Source of the DNA: Treponemataceae bacterium
GTDB taxonomy: Bacteria > Bacteroidota > Bacteroidia > Bacteroidales > UBA932
DNA: 64,000 nt
Assembly: GCA_963635625.1 (NCBI GenBank)
Contig: CAVHGF010000001.1
Coordinates: forward strand, 6,239 to 70,238
Reading direction: 5' to 3'
In this document: one piece after another, positions 31,111 through 42,016 of the stretch
Numbering within the stretch: position 1 is the first letter of the stretch
Layout of the letters: every line of letters starts with the position of its first letter
The notes under the pieces: generated by a model
What the model saw: only the letters and a program-made list of their open reading frames with translations
Database searches by the model: none
Told to the model about the DNA's origin: nothing
Position numbers and translations under genes: made by a program

Positions 31111-32046
31111 ATGAAAAAGACTCTGAGCATAGAAGGACTCGACCCTGTCAGATTATATGGCGCAGGGGACATAATCCTTAAAGAATTCACTTCATATTAT
31201 CCTAATCTAAAAGTAGTGGCCCGCGGAGACGAAATCATCCTGGACGGGAAAGAGAAAGACATAGAAGATTTCACGCAAAAGTTCGGTCTTCTCACACAGA
31301 AGATGCTGCGCAAAACCGCACTTTCCGTTTATGACGTTGAGGACCTGTTTTCAGAAGAAAGCAGCGCATTGGACTTTAAGGTCAACGCCGGAGCTCCCAT
31401 AGTATACAACACCGAAGGCAAGCCGGTCACCGCACGCAATTCCCGCCAGGAAGAGATGGTCAAAGCTTACTTTGACAACGATCTCATCTTCGCCATCGGA
31501 CCGGCAGGAACAGGAAAGACATACATTGCCATCGCTCTGGCCGTAAGAGCTCTGAAAAACCGGGAGATCAAACGTATCATCCTCACCCGTCCCGCAGTGG
31601 AGGCCGGAGAACGGCTGGGATTTCTTCCCGGTGACCTGAAAGATAAATTGGACCCGTATCTTCAGCCCTTATACGATGCTCTCGAAGATATGATTCCGTC
31701 CAGGAAGTTGCACGAATTTATGGAAGACGGAACCATACAGATAGCCCCGCTCGCCTATATGAGGGGACGTACGCTTGAGCGCGCCTGCGTCATACTGGAC
31801 GAAGCCCAGAACACGAACATAGGACAACTCAAGATGTTTCTCACGCGAATGGGGGCGGGAGCCAAATTCATAGTCACCGGTGATGCCACCCAGGTGGACC
31901 TTCCGAACAAGGAGGACAGCGGGCTGCTGAAAGGCGTGAAACTGCTGGAAAACATAAAGGGCGTCAAGACCATCGCCTTTTCAAATGACGATATTGTCCG
32001 ACACCCTCTGGTAAGTAAAATCGTTAAGGCCTTTGAAGGCCGGTAA
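31111..32046 (+). CDS. phoH: PhoH family ATPase
   Basis: GPAGTGKT, RPAVEAGERLGFLPG, APLAYMRGRTL and LDEAQN. Confidence 0.95.
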   Translation: MKKTLSIEGLDPVRLYGAGDIILKEFTSYYPNLKVVARGDEIILDGKEKDIEDFTQKFGLLTQKMLRKTALSVYDVEDLFSEESSALDFKVNAGAPIVYNTEGKPVTARNSRQEEMVKAYFDNDLIFAIGPAGTGKTYIAIALAVRALKNREIKRIILTRPAVEAGERLGFLPGDLKDKLDPYLQPLYDALEDMIPSRKLHEFMEDGTIQIAPLAYMRGRTLERACVILDEAQNTNIGQLKMFLTRMGAGAKFIVTGDATQVDLPNKEDSGLLKGVKLLENIKGVKTIAFSNDDIVRHPLVSKIVKAFEGR

Positions 32047-32048
32047 CA

Positions 32049-33377
32049 TTATTCTACCGGCACTTCACCTTTTACGATAGCATTATATTTCTGGTATTTG
32101 GCCTCGTATGCAGAGTCTGTGCTGAAACGATAGCAAGCGTTTCTGAGATACTCAGCCACAGCCAATTTGATATTGGCATCCTTAGTAAGAGCATAAGCTG
32201 TTTCAAAAGGCTCGATACAGTTCTTGAGAGCAACCTCGAACTCCCCTACCAGGATATTGTACTTGGCGTCATCCAACTCATTGGTAGCCTTTTCCTGAAT
32301 AGCGACAGCCTTATTGTAGTAAAGCTGACCTATCCCGATATATCCGAACTCATAGTCAGGATTGATCTCGGAGCATTTTGAATATGCGGCTATGGCAGCA
32401 TCTTCACGTCCCAACTGGAGATTGATGTTCCCTTCCACATAATAAAGTGATGCATTGTTAGGCTCATTCTGTTTTGCAGCGTCCACAAGTTCGAACAGAC
32501 GGTCCGTATTCTCACCTGAATTCATATAGAAATTGATGAGGCCTACGAGAACGCTCTGGCTCTGTGGGAACTGCTGGAAAGCCTGCTCAAGATAAGCGCG
32601 GCACTGGTCGTTGTTGCCTTCCTTGGATGCTATGTCAGCAAGCTTGGCATAAGCGTCGCCCTCGTCTCCATAATATCCCAATGCAAGACATTTCTCATAA
32701 TAAACCTTGGCGTTGTCGAAATCTCCGAGAATGTATGAAGTCAAGGCGGAATTATACAGAGCGTTTGTGTCTATTACTGCATAAGGCTGCTGTTCAGATG
32801 CTTCCACAGCCTTGGTGAAATAATAGGAAGCCTTCTTCATATCTCCAAGAGTGTATGCCGTGTATGCCTCGTCCGTGAACTTGGTCGAAAGCATACGGAA
32901 CGCCTCCTTCAGATCCTTGGTCTTTTTACCCTTCTCGTCCAAAGATGCGGCCTTCTCGTAAGAAGTGAGGGCTTTCTCAAGCACGTCAGGATAAATCGGC
33001 TTGGTAACCTCTATCATCTGAAGGATTTCATTGGAATTGTAATAATAGTTACGTGTCTCGAAAACAGCCTTGATGTACTGTGAACCTGAAAGTTCGACCC
33101 AAGTCTCACTTGAAGGCTTGTCATCTCCCAGCACGATAGCCAAGTCCGCGCGAGGTGCGCCGATCCAGGCATTTCCCATAGGAGCCGCATAAGCTTCCAG
33201 ATAAGCCTTGCCAAGTTTGATCCAAGTATCAGGCTTTTCCGCCTGCTTCGGATTCTCGGTTTTTTCGATAGCCTTTTCTACAGCCTTTTCAGCCGCAACT
33301 ACACTTTTCACTGACTGTTGCGCATTTGCCGCCGTGAAAGACGCCAAAAGAGCTAGAGTTAAAAAGATTCTTTTCAT
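32049..33377 (-). CDS. Secreted tetratricopeptide repeat protein
   Basis: Signal peptide ending ANA-Q and multiple TPR-like helices; directly downstream of gyrA. Confidence 0.8.
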   Translation of the reverse strand: MKRIFLTLALLASFTAANAQQSVKSVVAAEKAVEKAIEKTENPKQAEKPDTWIKLGKAYLEAYAAPMGNAWIGAPRADLAIVLGDDKPSSETWVELSGSQYIKAVFETRNYYYNSNEILQMIEVTKPIYPDVLEKALTSYEKAASLDEKGKKTKDLKEAFRMLSTKFTDEAYTAYTLGDMKKASYYFTKAVEASEQQPYAVIDTNALYNSALTSYILGDFDNAKVYYEKCLALGYYGDEGDAYAKLADIASKEGNNDQCRAYLEQAFQQFPQSQSVLVGLINFYMNSGENTDRLFELVDAAKQNEPNNASLYYVEGNINLQLGREDAAIAAYSKCSEINPDYEFGYIGIGQLYYNKAVAIQEKATNELDDAKYNILVGEFEVALKNCIEPFETAYALTKDANIKLAVAEYLRNACYRFSTDSAYEAKYQKYNAIVKGEVPVE

Positions 33378-33389
33378 ATTATTTCAGTT

Positions 33390-35927
33390 TTATTCGTTTA
33401 CTGATTCTTCCGTTTCCTGTGTGCTTTCCACTTCTTCTTCCGCCTCGTGAGCAACCACCGACACGGCCGCAATGCTGTCTCCCTCACGGATATTGATAAG
33501 TCTTACACCCTGTGTGGCACGACCCTGAACATTGATGGTGGACAATGCCATTCTTATGGTAAGACCGCTCTTGGTGATGATCATAAGGTCGTTGTTGGCC
33601 GTTACCGCCTTGATGGCTACCAGACTGCCGGTCTTTTCGTTGATCTTCAACGTGGTAACACCCTTTGCCCCACGGGCCGTCTGCCTGTACTCATCCACTT
33701 CCGAGCGTTTTCCATAACCGTTCTCGCTCACTACCAGAACTGAATAATCGGCAGCGTCCGGAGCGCTATGATCCACGCTGATGGCTCCGACCACTTCATC
33801 TCCTTCTGCAATATTGATACCACGCACGCCCATAGAATTTCTTCCGAGTTCACGGGCTTCGTTCTCATTGAATCTTACGCAGCGTCCGTCACGTGCGGCT
33901 ATCATTATCTGCGAATTGCCGTTTGTAAGAAGAGCGTCGAGCAAAGAATCCCCTTCCTTGAAGCCTATGGCGATGAGACCCTTGTTACGGCTTCTCCCAT
34001 TCGCGAATTCCGTAAGACAGGTCCTCTTTATGATACCGTTCTTGGTAAACAGGACAACATAGTGGCTGTCAGTGTATTCCCTGCTTTCAATCTTAGCAGC
34101 GTTGAGATATGTCTTTATCTTGTCGTCCTGATCTATGGTAAGAAGATTCTGGACAGCGCGTCCCTTGGCCGTCCTGCTGCCTTCCGGAATCTCATAGACC
34201 TTGAGCCTGTAGCAAAGCCCCTTTTCGGTGAAGAAAAGCATAGTCGAATGCATATTGGCCACATATATGTGCTCTATGAAATCCTCGTCCCTTACGGAGC
34301 CGGCTTTCTTGCCCATACCGCCACGGGACTGCACCTTGAACTCGTTGAGAGAGGTTCTCTTTATATATCCGAGATGGGATATGGTGATTACCACGTCTTC
34401 ATCCGCATAGAAATCCTCAGGGTTGAACTCGTCCTCGCTGAGAGTGATTTCAGAACGGCGTGCGTCGCCGAACTTCTCCTTAAGCTCCGTACACTCGTTC
34501 TTGACCACCTCAAGCTGAAGCTGCTCGCTTGCAAGAATCTTCTCACATTCGTCGATAAAGGCGACAAGACGTTGAGATTCCTCCACGAGCTTGTCTTTCT
34601 CGAGTCCTACGAGCTGACGGAGACGCATCTCCACTATGGCATTGGCCTGAAGCTCGGTGAAACCGTATCTGGACATAAGCTCGTTTTTCGCCTCATCTAC
34701 ACTCTTGGAATGGCGGATGATGGCGACCACCTCGTCTATGATGTCTATGGCCTTGAGCAAGCCCTCGACTATGTGTTCACGCGCCTTGGCTTTGTCAAGA
34801 TCGAATTTGGTACGTCTGACCACCACCTCGTGACGGAAATCCACGAAGCATTTGATCATATCCTTGAGAGTAAGCGTACGCGGGCGGCCACCGACAAGAG
34901 CCACGTTGTTTATGGCGAAACTTGACTGGAGCGCGGTGTATTTGTAAAGTGTGTTCAGGACGACATTGGCATTCGCATCCTTCTTCACCAGGAACTCTAT
35001 CCTGATACCGTCACGGTTGGTGAGCTCGCGTATCTCGGATATCCCCTCTATCTTCTTGTCGCGCACCATCTCGCCTATGCGGGATATCATCTCGGCCTTG
35101 TTGACCATATAAGGTATCTCCGTGACGACGATGACGCTTCTTCCGTTCTTCTCCTCTATGTCGGCCTTGGCCCTTATGACCACTCTTCCGCGACCGGTGG
35201 AATAGGCGTCTATTATGCCCTGACGGCCCATTATGATACCTCCCGTAGGGAAATCCGGCCCTTTTATATGCTCCATCAGAGCGTTCACGTCTATGTCCGG
35301 ATTATCGATGTAGGCGCATATCGCATCGCACGTCTCCGACAGGTTGTGCGGAGCCATATTCGTGGCCATACCCACGGCTATACCTGACGAACCGTTCAGA
35401 AGCAGAAGCGGCGCTTTCGTAGGAAGGACCGTAGGCTCCCAGATGGTGTCGTCGAAGTTCAGCATAAAGTCGACCGTATTCTTGTCCAGGTCGCACAGCA
35501 CGCTCTCCGACATCTTGGCCAATTTGGCCTCGGTGTACCTCATCGCGGCCACAGGGTCGCCGTCCATACTACCGAAGTTACCCTGTCCGTAAACCAGCGG
35601 ATACCTCTGATTCCAGTTCTGCGCCAGACGCGCCATAGCGTCATATACCGAACTGTCGCCGTGAGGGTGGAACTTACCGAGCACCTCACCGACGATTCTG
35701 GCCGATTTCTTAGTCTGTCCGCCAAAGCTGAGGCCAAGTCCGTCCATTCCGAAGAGGACGCGGCGCTGAACAGGTTTCAGACCGTCCCTCGCATCCGGAA
35801 GGGCTCTGGACACTATCACCGACATCGAATAGTCGATGTAGGCGGACCGCATCTCGTGATCTATCTCCACAGGTTCTATTATCCCCTGCGGCTTTTCTTC
35901 AATTTCCAAATTATCTGTATTATTCAT
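33390..35927 (-). CDS. gyrA: DNA gyrase subunit A
   Basis: [26 protein letters not shown] and the GyrA-box QSRGGMG. Confidence 0.97.
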   Translation of the reverse strand: MNNTDNLEIEEKPQGIIEPVEIDHEMRSAYIDYSMSVIVSRALPDARDGLKPVQRRVLFGMDGLGLSFGGQTKKSARIVGEVLGKFHPHGDSSVYDAMARLAQNWNQRYPLVYGQGNFGSMDGDPVAAMRYTEAKLAKMSESVLCDLDKNTVDFMLNFDDTIWEPTVLPTKAPLLLLNGSSGIAVGMATNMAPHNLSETCDAICAYIDNPDIDVNALMEHIKGPDFPTGGIIMGRQGIIDAYSTGRGRVVIRAKADIEEKNGRSVIVVTEIPYMVNKAEMISRIGEMVRDKKIEGISEIRELTNRDGIRIEFLVKKDANANVVLNTLYKYTALQSSFAINNVALVGGRPRTLTLKDMIKCFVDFRHEVVVRRTKFDLDKAKAREHIVEGLLKAIDIIDEVVAIIRHSKSVDEAKNELMSRYGFTELQANAIVEMRLRQLVGLEKDKLVEESQRLVAFIDECEKILASEQLQLEVVKNECTELKEKFGDARRSEITLSEDEFNPEDFYADEDVVITISHLGYIKRTSLNEFKVQSRGGMGKKAGSVRDEDFIEHIYVANMHSTMLFFTEKGLCYRLKVYEIPEGSRTAKGRAVQNLLTIDQDDKIKTYLNAAKIESREYTDSHYVVLFTKNGIIKRTCLTEFANGRSRNKGLIAIGFKEGDSLLDALLTNGNSQIMIAARDGRCVRFNENEARELGRNSMGVRGINIAEGDEVVGAISVDHSAPDAADYSVLVVSENGYGKRSEVDEYRQTARGAKGVTTLKINEKTGSLVAIKAVTANNDLMIITKSGLTIRMALSTINVQGRATQGVRLINIREGDSIAAVSVVAHEAEEEVESTQETEESVNE

Positions 35928-36032
35928 CGTTCAAATTATCTGCTGTTCGCTACTTGTCCATACCCGGCACAAGTGTACAAAAATAACAAAAAAACTCGTG
36001 GCAGACAAAAATAATATTGCTATTTTTGTCCT

Positions 36033-36566
36033 ATGCAGACTCAGGTTTCACAAGAAGTCATAAGCATCCTTACATACGCCAGGGAAGAAGCCTGCAGAGC
36101 CGGAGACAGGGCCATAACCACAGACCATATCCTGCTCGGCATACTGCGTCATAAAGACAACCAGGCCTGCCGGACATTGGTTGAGCTTGGCATAGACCCT
36201 TCTCAGATGAAACTGTACCTTGAGAAAAGCATCTTCAAGCCGCAAAGCATTCCTTACGCCGAAAGCCTGGATATAGTTTTCTCGAGAAATGCCAGAAACA
36301 CTCTCAATCTGAGCATCGTGGAAGCCAGCATAGCCCAATCGGAGAAGATTATCCCGGTCCATCTTCTACTTGCGATATGCGCAAGCGCAGGGAGCAAAAG
36401 CCTCGAATACCTCAAAGAGCGCGGCCTTGACCATAGCGTGATCAAATCGTTCCTGAAGGAAAACGGACTGCTGAAGGCCAGAATAATAAATAAGACCGAA
36501 GAGAAAAATTCCTCTCCGGTCAACATTCTGAGGATTATCTCCTCTCCTGAAAAAATAGCCAGCTAG
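36033..36566 (+). CDS. Clp protease N-terminal (repeat) domain-only protein
   Basis: Two Clp-N repeats (AREEA...ITTDHILLGILR and EA...IIPVHLLLAI), no AAA+ domain; TATTTTTG box 4 nt upstream. Confidence 0.82.
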   Translation: MQTQVSQEVISILTYAREEACRAGDRAITTDHILLGILRHKDNQACRTLVELGIDPSQMKLYLEKSIFKPQSIPYAESLDIVFSRNARNTLNLSIVEASIAQSEKIIPVHLLLAICASAGSKSLEYLKERGLDHSVIKSFLKENGLLKARIINKTEEKNSSPVNILRIISSPEKIAS

Positions 36567-36568
36567 AG

Positions 36569-37819
36569 TCAGAGCTCGTATTTTCTGAAAGCCAGACATC
36601 CGTTGTGGCCTCCGAATCCGAATGAATTGGATATGGCGAGCGTAAGATCCGCCTTCACCGCTTCATTAGGAGTGTAATTCAGATCCAATTCCGGATCCAC
36701 CTCATCCAAATTGATGGTCGGAGGAACTATTCCGTCCCTGAGCGCAAGGATTGAGGCTATCGCCTCCGCAGCGCCGGTCGCTCCCAGCATATGTCCGTGC
36801 ATAGACTTGGTAGATGAGATGTGCGCCTTGTACGCGTCCTCGCCAAGCGCTATTTTGCAGGCCAAAGTCTCGCAAAGGTCATTCAGATGCGTAGCCGTCC
36901 CGTGTGCATTTATATACAGATTGTCCTTGGACGAGTCATAATGCGCCTGACTGAGGGCATCGGAGATGCATCTTGCCTGAGTGACTCCGCTCTTGTTTGG
37001 AGCCGTGGCGTGATAAGCATCACAGGTGGAGCCATAACCCACTATCTCCGCATAAATCTTGGCGCCGCGCTTTCTGGCGTGTTCCTCTTCCTCAAGTACA
37101 AGCACTGCGGAACCTTCTGCCATCACGAATCCGTCCCTGCGGGCATTGAAAGGAAGAGATGCCTTCTTCGGGTCTTCTATGCGTGAAAGTGTCTTGGCAT
37201 TCGCAAATGCGGCGATTCCTATAGGAATGACGGCCTTGTCAGTGCCTCCTGCCAGGATAGCGTCCGCATATCCGTCTTTTATGGCACGGTAAGCCTCCCC
37301 TATCGCGTGGGTGGATGTGGCGCAAGCCGTGACGACGTCCAGACAAGGGCCGTTGGCGTGAAACTTTATCGCCACCTGGCCTGCTGCCATATTCCCTATT
37401 ATGCAAGGGACGAAATTAGGGGAGATCCATTGGCCCGTAGGGTCTTCCAAAATCTTGGAAACTTCCCGCTGGATGGTCTCGAAGCCTCCTATTCCGGAAC
37501 CGATATAAACTCCAAGTCTGAACGGGTCTATATTCTCAGATGAAACCAAGCCACTGTCCTTGATTGCCTGATATGCCGAAGCCATAGCAAAAACAGTGAA
37601 CTTGTCCTGCTTACGGATAAAAGGTTTATCCATTTCATAGTTTTCAGGAGTAAAGTCACGGACCTCACCGCCAATCTTCACGGCGAACCCGTCAGTAGGG
37701 AAACTCTGTATATAATCTATACCGCAAACCCCGTTGACCAGATTACTCCAGAAAGTGTCCACGTCATTGCCTAAGCAAGAGAGGACACCAAGTCCTGTAA
37801 CAACAACTTTTTTACTCAT
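36569..37819 (-). CDS. fabF: Beta-ketoacyl-ACP synthase II
   Basis: VVVTGLG, TACAT, INAHGTAT, KSMHGHMLGA and SNSFGFGGHN; ATG at 37819 rather than the track's 37930. Confidence 0.95.
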   Translation of the reverse strand: MSKKVVVTGLGVLSCLGNDVDTFWSNLVNGVCGIDYIQSFPTDGFAVKIGGEVRDFTPENYEMDKPFIRKQDKFTVFAMASAYQAIKDSGLVSSENIDPFRLGVYIGSGIGGFETIQREVSKILEDPTGQWISPNFVPCIIGNMAAGQVAIKFHANGPCLDVVTACATSTHAIGEAYRAIKDGYADAILAGGTDKAVIPIGIAAFANAKTLSRIEDPKKASLPFNARRDGFVMAEGSAVLVLEEEEHARKRGAKIYAEIVGYGSTCDAYHATAPNKSGVTQARCISDALSQAHYDSSKDNLYINAHGTATHLNDLCETLACKIALGEDAYKAHISSTKSMHGHMLGATGAAEAIASILALRDGIVPPTINLDEVDPELDLNYTPNEAVKADLTLAISNSFGFGGHNGCLAFRKYEL

Positions 37820-37839
37820 TTTGTTAATCTTTATCCGGG

Positions 37840-37870
37840 GGCAAAGATAGCATTTTTTTGTATCTTTGCC
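37840..37870. promoter_or_regulatory. Back-to-back divergent -7 boxes for fabF and the LytTR gene
   Basis: GGCAAAGATA-N11-TATCTTTGCC gives TATCTTTG on each strand. Confidence 0.7.
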
Positions 37871-37875
37871 CGAGT

Positions 37876-38751
37876 ATGAAACTGACGGACGGATTACCGA
37901 AATACATACTGAGTAAAAAGCAGCTGTCATTCAATGTGGTTCTTACCGCATTGTTCTCTTTGACATCTGCCATTATGCTTTCGGCAATCTCGTTTCACGG
38001 ATGGTTCAACCTGACGGCCAGACACACTGTCTGGCTTGCCATAGCGTTTTGGATATCAGGCACGCTTCTGGTCAGTTTATCCAGACTTTGGCTTGGCAGT
38101 CTGAAGGACAGGCACGTCACCGTTCTCGGCTATCTGGGATGGTGCTTTGCCGAAATGCTGGCCATCACGCTGCTATATACGCTGCTGACTCTGATAGCCA
38201 TAGACCGCGGATGGGAGACGAAACCAAGCGGACACTTATGCATCCATTCAGTCAATTGCTTGATTTTCTGCATATTCGGGCTAGGCATACCGAATGTAAT
38301 CTCCGTTCTGTACTGCGCCGTTTCCGAAAGAGACAAGACCATAAGGCTGATGAATTTCAATACCGTGGTCTCCGACTCCGTCTTCACACCGCAGACCGAC
38401 AAGAAGATATTGCTCTATGACAATTCCGGAACCCTCAAGCTCATAGTCAACCAGAGCAACCTGTTCTATATCGAATCGAACGACAACTATATAAAGGTAT
38501 GGTATCAGGACACCTTCGACGAGCTCAAACAGTATATGCTCCGGTGCAGGCTGAAGACCATAGAAGAAAGCTTCGCTGACAGCGACCTTGTGCGTTGTCA
38601 CAGACAATACATAGTGAACATAAACAAAATCGTGCAGATGACACGTCAGAAAGATGGCACCTTCAGCATAAATCTCGGCTTGAACACGGCGCCCATCCCC
38701 GTATCAAAAACATACGAAGACAAATTCATCGCCCGATTCAACTCAAGATAA
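37876..38751 (+). CDS. Membrane-anchored LytTR family transcriptional regulator
   Basis: About 4 TM segments, then YIESNDNYI...RCHRQYIVN...IPVSKTY. Confidence 0.88.
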   Translation: MKLTDGLPKYILSKKQLSFNVVLTALFSLTSAIMLSAISFHGWFNLTARHTVWLAIAFWISGTLLVSLSRLWLGSLKDRHVTVLGYLGWCFAEMLAITLLYTLLTLIAIDRGWETKPSGHLCIHSVNCLIFCIFGLGIPNVISVLYCAVSERDKTIRLMNFNTVVSDSVFTPQTDKKILLYDNSGTLKLIVNQSNLFYIESNDNYIKVWYQDTFDELKQYMLRCRLKTIEESFADSDLVRCHRQYIVNINKIVQMTRQKDGTFSINLGLNTAPIPVSKTYEDKFIARFNSR

Positions 38752-38754
38752 AAT

Positions 38755-39186
38755 ATGTGGCAAAGAATACAGACTCTTTATTTTGCTCTGTGCGTCGGAA
38801 TACTCCTCGCATTGACTTTCGGAACCGTAGGCACCATTTACACTTCAGACGCCCCGATAGAGGACGTGAAGTATTTGAGTAAACTTCCCTACGCCATTCT
38901 GATCATCCTCTCCCTGATTGCCAATACGGCAGCCCTTTTCAGCTGGTCGAAACGCAGCCTGCAGATAAGGCTCGCCGGTGCAAGCGCAACCCTGCTGCTC
39001 GCCCTCCAGATCTGGCTCATCGTGGATTATTTCACTATGGGAGAAGGATTTGTGTTCAAATGGACCTGCATACTTCCCGCATTCGCCTTCGTCTTCGACC
39101 TGCTGGCGATAAAAGGAGTATATGCGGACGAACTGCTGGTGCAAAGCGCGTCAAGACTCAGGGCAAGCAAAAGAAAAAATAAATAA
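38755..39186 (+). CDS. DUF4293 family membrane protein
   Basis: MWQRIQTLY start, KRSLQIR and DELLVQSASRLR end. Confidence 0.82.
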   Translation: MWQRIQTLYFALCVGILLALTFGTVGTIYTSDAPIEDVKYLSKLPYAILIILSLIANTAALFSWSKRSLQIRLAGASATLLLALQIWLIVDYFTMGEGFVFKWTCILPAFAFVFDLLAIKGVYADELLVQSASRLRASKRKNK

Positions 39187-39194
39187 CACTAATT

Positions 39195-40067
39195 ATGAGA
39201 ATAGCAGAATCTGAACTTATCATCAACTCGGACGGATCCATTTTTCATCTGCACATCCGTCCAGAGCAATTGGCAAAGAATGTCATCCTGGTGGGAGACC
39301 CCGGCAGGGTTGCAATGTTCAAGCCATATTTCGAGACTCTTGAATGCGAAGGCGCTTCACGCGAATTCGTATGGGCCACAGGAACATATCACGGAAGCCG
39401 TATCACTGCACTGTCCACCGGTATAGGGACGGACAACATAGACATAGTGATGACAGAACTTGACGCCCTGGCCAATATCGACTTCTCCACAAGAGAGGTA
39501 AAGAAAGAACATACCACGCTGAACATCGTAAGATTGGGTACTTGCGGAGCTCTCCAGCCGGAGATTCCCCTGGGATCATTCGTGCTTTCACATATCTCAA
39601 TAGGCTTCGACGGTCTTATGAACTGGTATGCCGGACGTGAAGAAATCACGGATACGGCTATGGAAGAAGCCTTTATGAAGCATATGAATTGGCCGAAAGA
39701 GCTGCCTACCCCTTATTTTGTAAAAGCATCCGAGAAACTCATAGAACTCTTCGAGGACTCGACGGTCAGAGGAATGACCATCTCTTCACCCGGATTCTAC
39801 GGCCCACAGGGACGTGTGGTACGTCAGCAGCTCGCTATGCCGAATATGCTTGAAGACATAGAGTCATTCAGATACGAAGACCGCAAGATCACCAACTTCG
39901 AGATGGAAGGTTCAGCCATCGCCGGCATAGCACGTCACCTCGGCCACGAAGCCACCACAGTATGCTGCGTGATCGCGCACCGCTACCTCAAGGACGCCAA
40001 TACAGACTACAAGCCACGCGTAGCGCAGCTTGTAAAATTGGTATTGGATAAAGTTTCTTCCCTTTAG
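39195..40067 (+). CDS. Nucleoside (uridine-type) phosphorylase
   Basis: LVGDPGRV, STGIGTDN, RLGTCG, GFYGPQGR and NFEME. Confidence 0.9.
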   Translation: MRIAESELIINSDGSIFHLHIRPEQLAKNVILVGDPGRVAMFKPYFETLECEGASREFVWATGTYHGSRITALSTGIGTDNIDIVMTELDALANIDFSTREVKKEHTTLNIVRLGTCGALQPEIPLGSFVLSHISIGFDGLMNWYAGREEITDTAMEEAFMKHMNWPKELPTPYFVKASEKLIELFEDSTVRGMTISSPGFYGPQGRVVRQQLAMPNMLEDIESFRYEDRKITNFEMEGSAIAGIARHLGHEATTVCCVIAHRYLKDANTDYKPRVAQLVKLVLDKVSSL

Positions 40068-40071
40068 ATAA

Positions 40072-41163
40072 TTATTCGCCGGCTTCTTTCAGACGTTCGG
40101 CGTTCTCCGCTATCTGGAGCTGATCGATAACCTCCTGGATGTCTCCGTTCATAAACACCGGGAGGTTATACATACTCCAGTTGATACGATGGTCGGTGAC
40201 ACGCCCCTGAGGATAGTTATATGTTCGAATCTTAGCGGAACGGTCTCCTGTCGAGACCATAGTCTTTCTCTTGGATGCTATCTCATCGAGGTACTTCTGA
40301 TGCTCCAGATTATAGAGTCTGGTACGCAATTCCTCGAAAGCCCTGTCCTTGTTCTTGAGCTGTGAACGTTCCTCCTGACACTGAACTACCAGTCCCGAAG
40401 GGATATGGGTAAGACGGACGGCGGAATAAGTAGTGTTGACACCCTGTCCGCCAGGACCTGAAGAGCAGAAAAGATCCAGACGTATGTCGTCCCATTTCAG
40501 GTCGACATCGAACTCTCCGGCTTCAGGGAAAACGGCGACTGATGCGGCGGAAGTCTGTATGCGGCCCTGGGTTTCGGTCTGAGGTACTCTCTGGACGCGG
40601 TGCACACCGGATTCATATTTCATAGTGCCATACACTCCGTCAGTAGACGAGGACAGCTTGAAGACTATCTGCTTGAACCCGCCGGAAGTACCAGGTGTCT
40701 GGTCCGTGACTTCCAGTTTCCATCCCTTATTCTCGGCAAAATGCTGATACATACGGAAAAGGTCTCCTGCAAATATGGCAGCCTCATCTCCACCGGCTCC
40801 ACCTCGAATCTCGACAATGGCGTTCTTGGAATCATCAGGGTCGGCCGGAATCAGAAGAAGTTTGATCTGTTCCTCCATCTGAGGCACCTTGGGCTCCAGT
40901 TCCGAGATTTCCTCACGTGCCATCTCACGGAGGTCGTCATCTTTCTCATTAACAAGTATATCCTTGGCAGATGCCAGGTTATCAAGCGTCTTCTTATACT
41001 CAAGTCCGGCTTTGATGATAGGCTCCAACTGTTTGTAGTCCTTATTAAGCTGAACGAATTTCTTCATATCCGACATCACTTCAGGGCTGGACAACTGGTC
41101 CTGCAGGCTCTGAAACTTATCCTGAAGCGATAGAACTCTCTCTAAAAGTGTATTTTGTGCCAT
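40072..41163 (-). CDS. prfA: Peptide chain release factor 1
   Basis: PxT (PQT) recognition motif, GPGGQ and [16 protein letters not shown]. Confidence 0.97.
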   Translation of the reverse strand: MAQNTLLERVLSLQDKFQSLQDQLSSPEVMSDMKKFVQLNKDYKQLEPIIKAGLEYKKTLDNLASAKDILVNEKDDDLREMAREEISELEPKVPQMEEQIKLLLIPADPDDSKNAIVEIRGGAGGDEAAIFAGDLFRMYQHFAENKGWKLEVTDQTPGTSGGFKQIVFKLSSSTDGVYGTMKYESGVHRVQRVPQTETQGRIQTSAASVAVFPEAGEFDVDLKWDDIRLDLFCSSGPGGQGVNTTYSAVRLTHIPSGLVVQCQEERSQLKNKDRAFEELRTRLYNLEHQKYLDEIASKRKTMVSTGDRSAKIRTYNYPQGRVTDHRINWSMYNLPVFMNGDIQEVIDQLQIAENAERLKEAGE

Positions 41164-41218
41164 AAGGCTGCAAATATAGCAAAAATTATATATCTTCGTG
41201 CCTCATTTATCAAGCACC

Positions 41219-42010
41219 ATGCACACCAGACAGGAAAAATTGGAAGCGTTCGGGGATTTGCTGGACGTAATGGACGCACTCAGGGAGAAATGTCCCTGGA
41301 ATGCGGAACAGACTATGGAAAGCATACGTCCGATGACCGAAGAAGAAGTATATGAGCTCAGCGACGCCATCTTGAGAGGCGAGTCTCAGGAAATATCGAA
41401 AGAACTCGGAGATCTTCTGTACCATATAGTATTCTATGCCAAGATAGCCGAGGAAAAAGGCGAGTTTGACATAGCCGACAGCCTGCACAAGATATGTCAT
41501 AAAATGCGTTTCCGCCACCCTCACGTCTTCGGAGAATTGGCCGGAAAGAATCTGTCTGCAAAAGAGATCGCCGATACCTGGGAACTTGTTAAAGCCAAGG
41601 AGAAAGACGGCAACAAGACCATCCTCAGCGGCATACCGCAGACTATGCCAGCTCTTCTCAAGGCTCTCTCGATGCAGGAGAAAGCACGCGGGTGCGGATT
41701 CGACTGGGAAGAACCGGAACAAGTTCTCGACAAAGTGGAAGAAGAATTGAACGAGGTCAAGGAAGCCGTCGGGGAGAATTCTGCAAAACACACGGAAGAG
41801 GAATTCGGAGACCTGTTATTTTCAGTAATCAACGCCGCAAGACTCTATGGAGTAGATCCAGAGAAAGCCCTCAACGCCTGCTGTGACAAATTCCGCAGAA
41901 GATTCACTTATCTCGAAGAAAACACCATAAGAAAAGGGCTGGACCTCAAAGAAATGTCCCTTGCTGAAATGGACAGAATCTGGGACGAAGCTAAATCCAA
42001 AGGTCTGTAG
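41219..42010 (+). CDS. mazG: Nucleoside triphosphate pyrophosphohydrolase MazG
   Basis: CPW, EEVYE, ELGDLL, RHPHVF and EEEFGDLLF (tandem MazG domains). Confidence 0.93.
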   Translation: MHTRQEKLEAFGDLLDVMDALREKCPWNAEQTMESIRPMTEEEVYELSDAILRGESQEISKELGDLLYHIVFYAKIAEEKGEFDIADSLHKICHKMRFRHPHVFGELAGKNLSAKEIADTWELVKAKEKDGNKTILSGIPQTMPALLKALSMQEKARGCGFDWEEPEQVLDKVEEELNEVKEAVGENSAKHTEEEFGDLLFSVINAARLYGVDPEKALNACCDKFRRRFTYLEENTIRKGLDLKEMSLAEMDRIWDEAKSKGL

Positions 42011-42016
42011 AGCGGA

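Noticed and set aside
35640..35670. gyrA QRDR checked for quinolone-resistance changes
   Set aside because: GDSSVYD keeps the Ser83 and Asp87 equivalents.
37840..37870. 10-bp inverted repeat as a possible invertible-promoter or operator site
   Set aside because: Fully explained by two divergent TATCTTTG -7 boxes, and there is no recombinase nearby.
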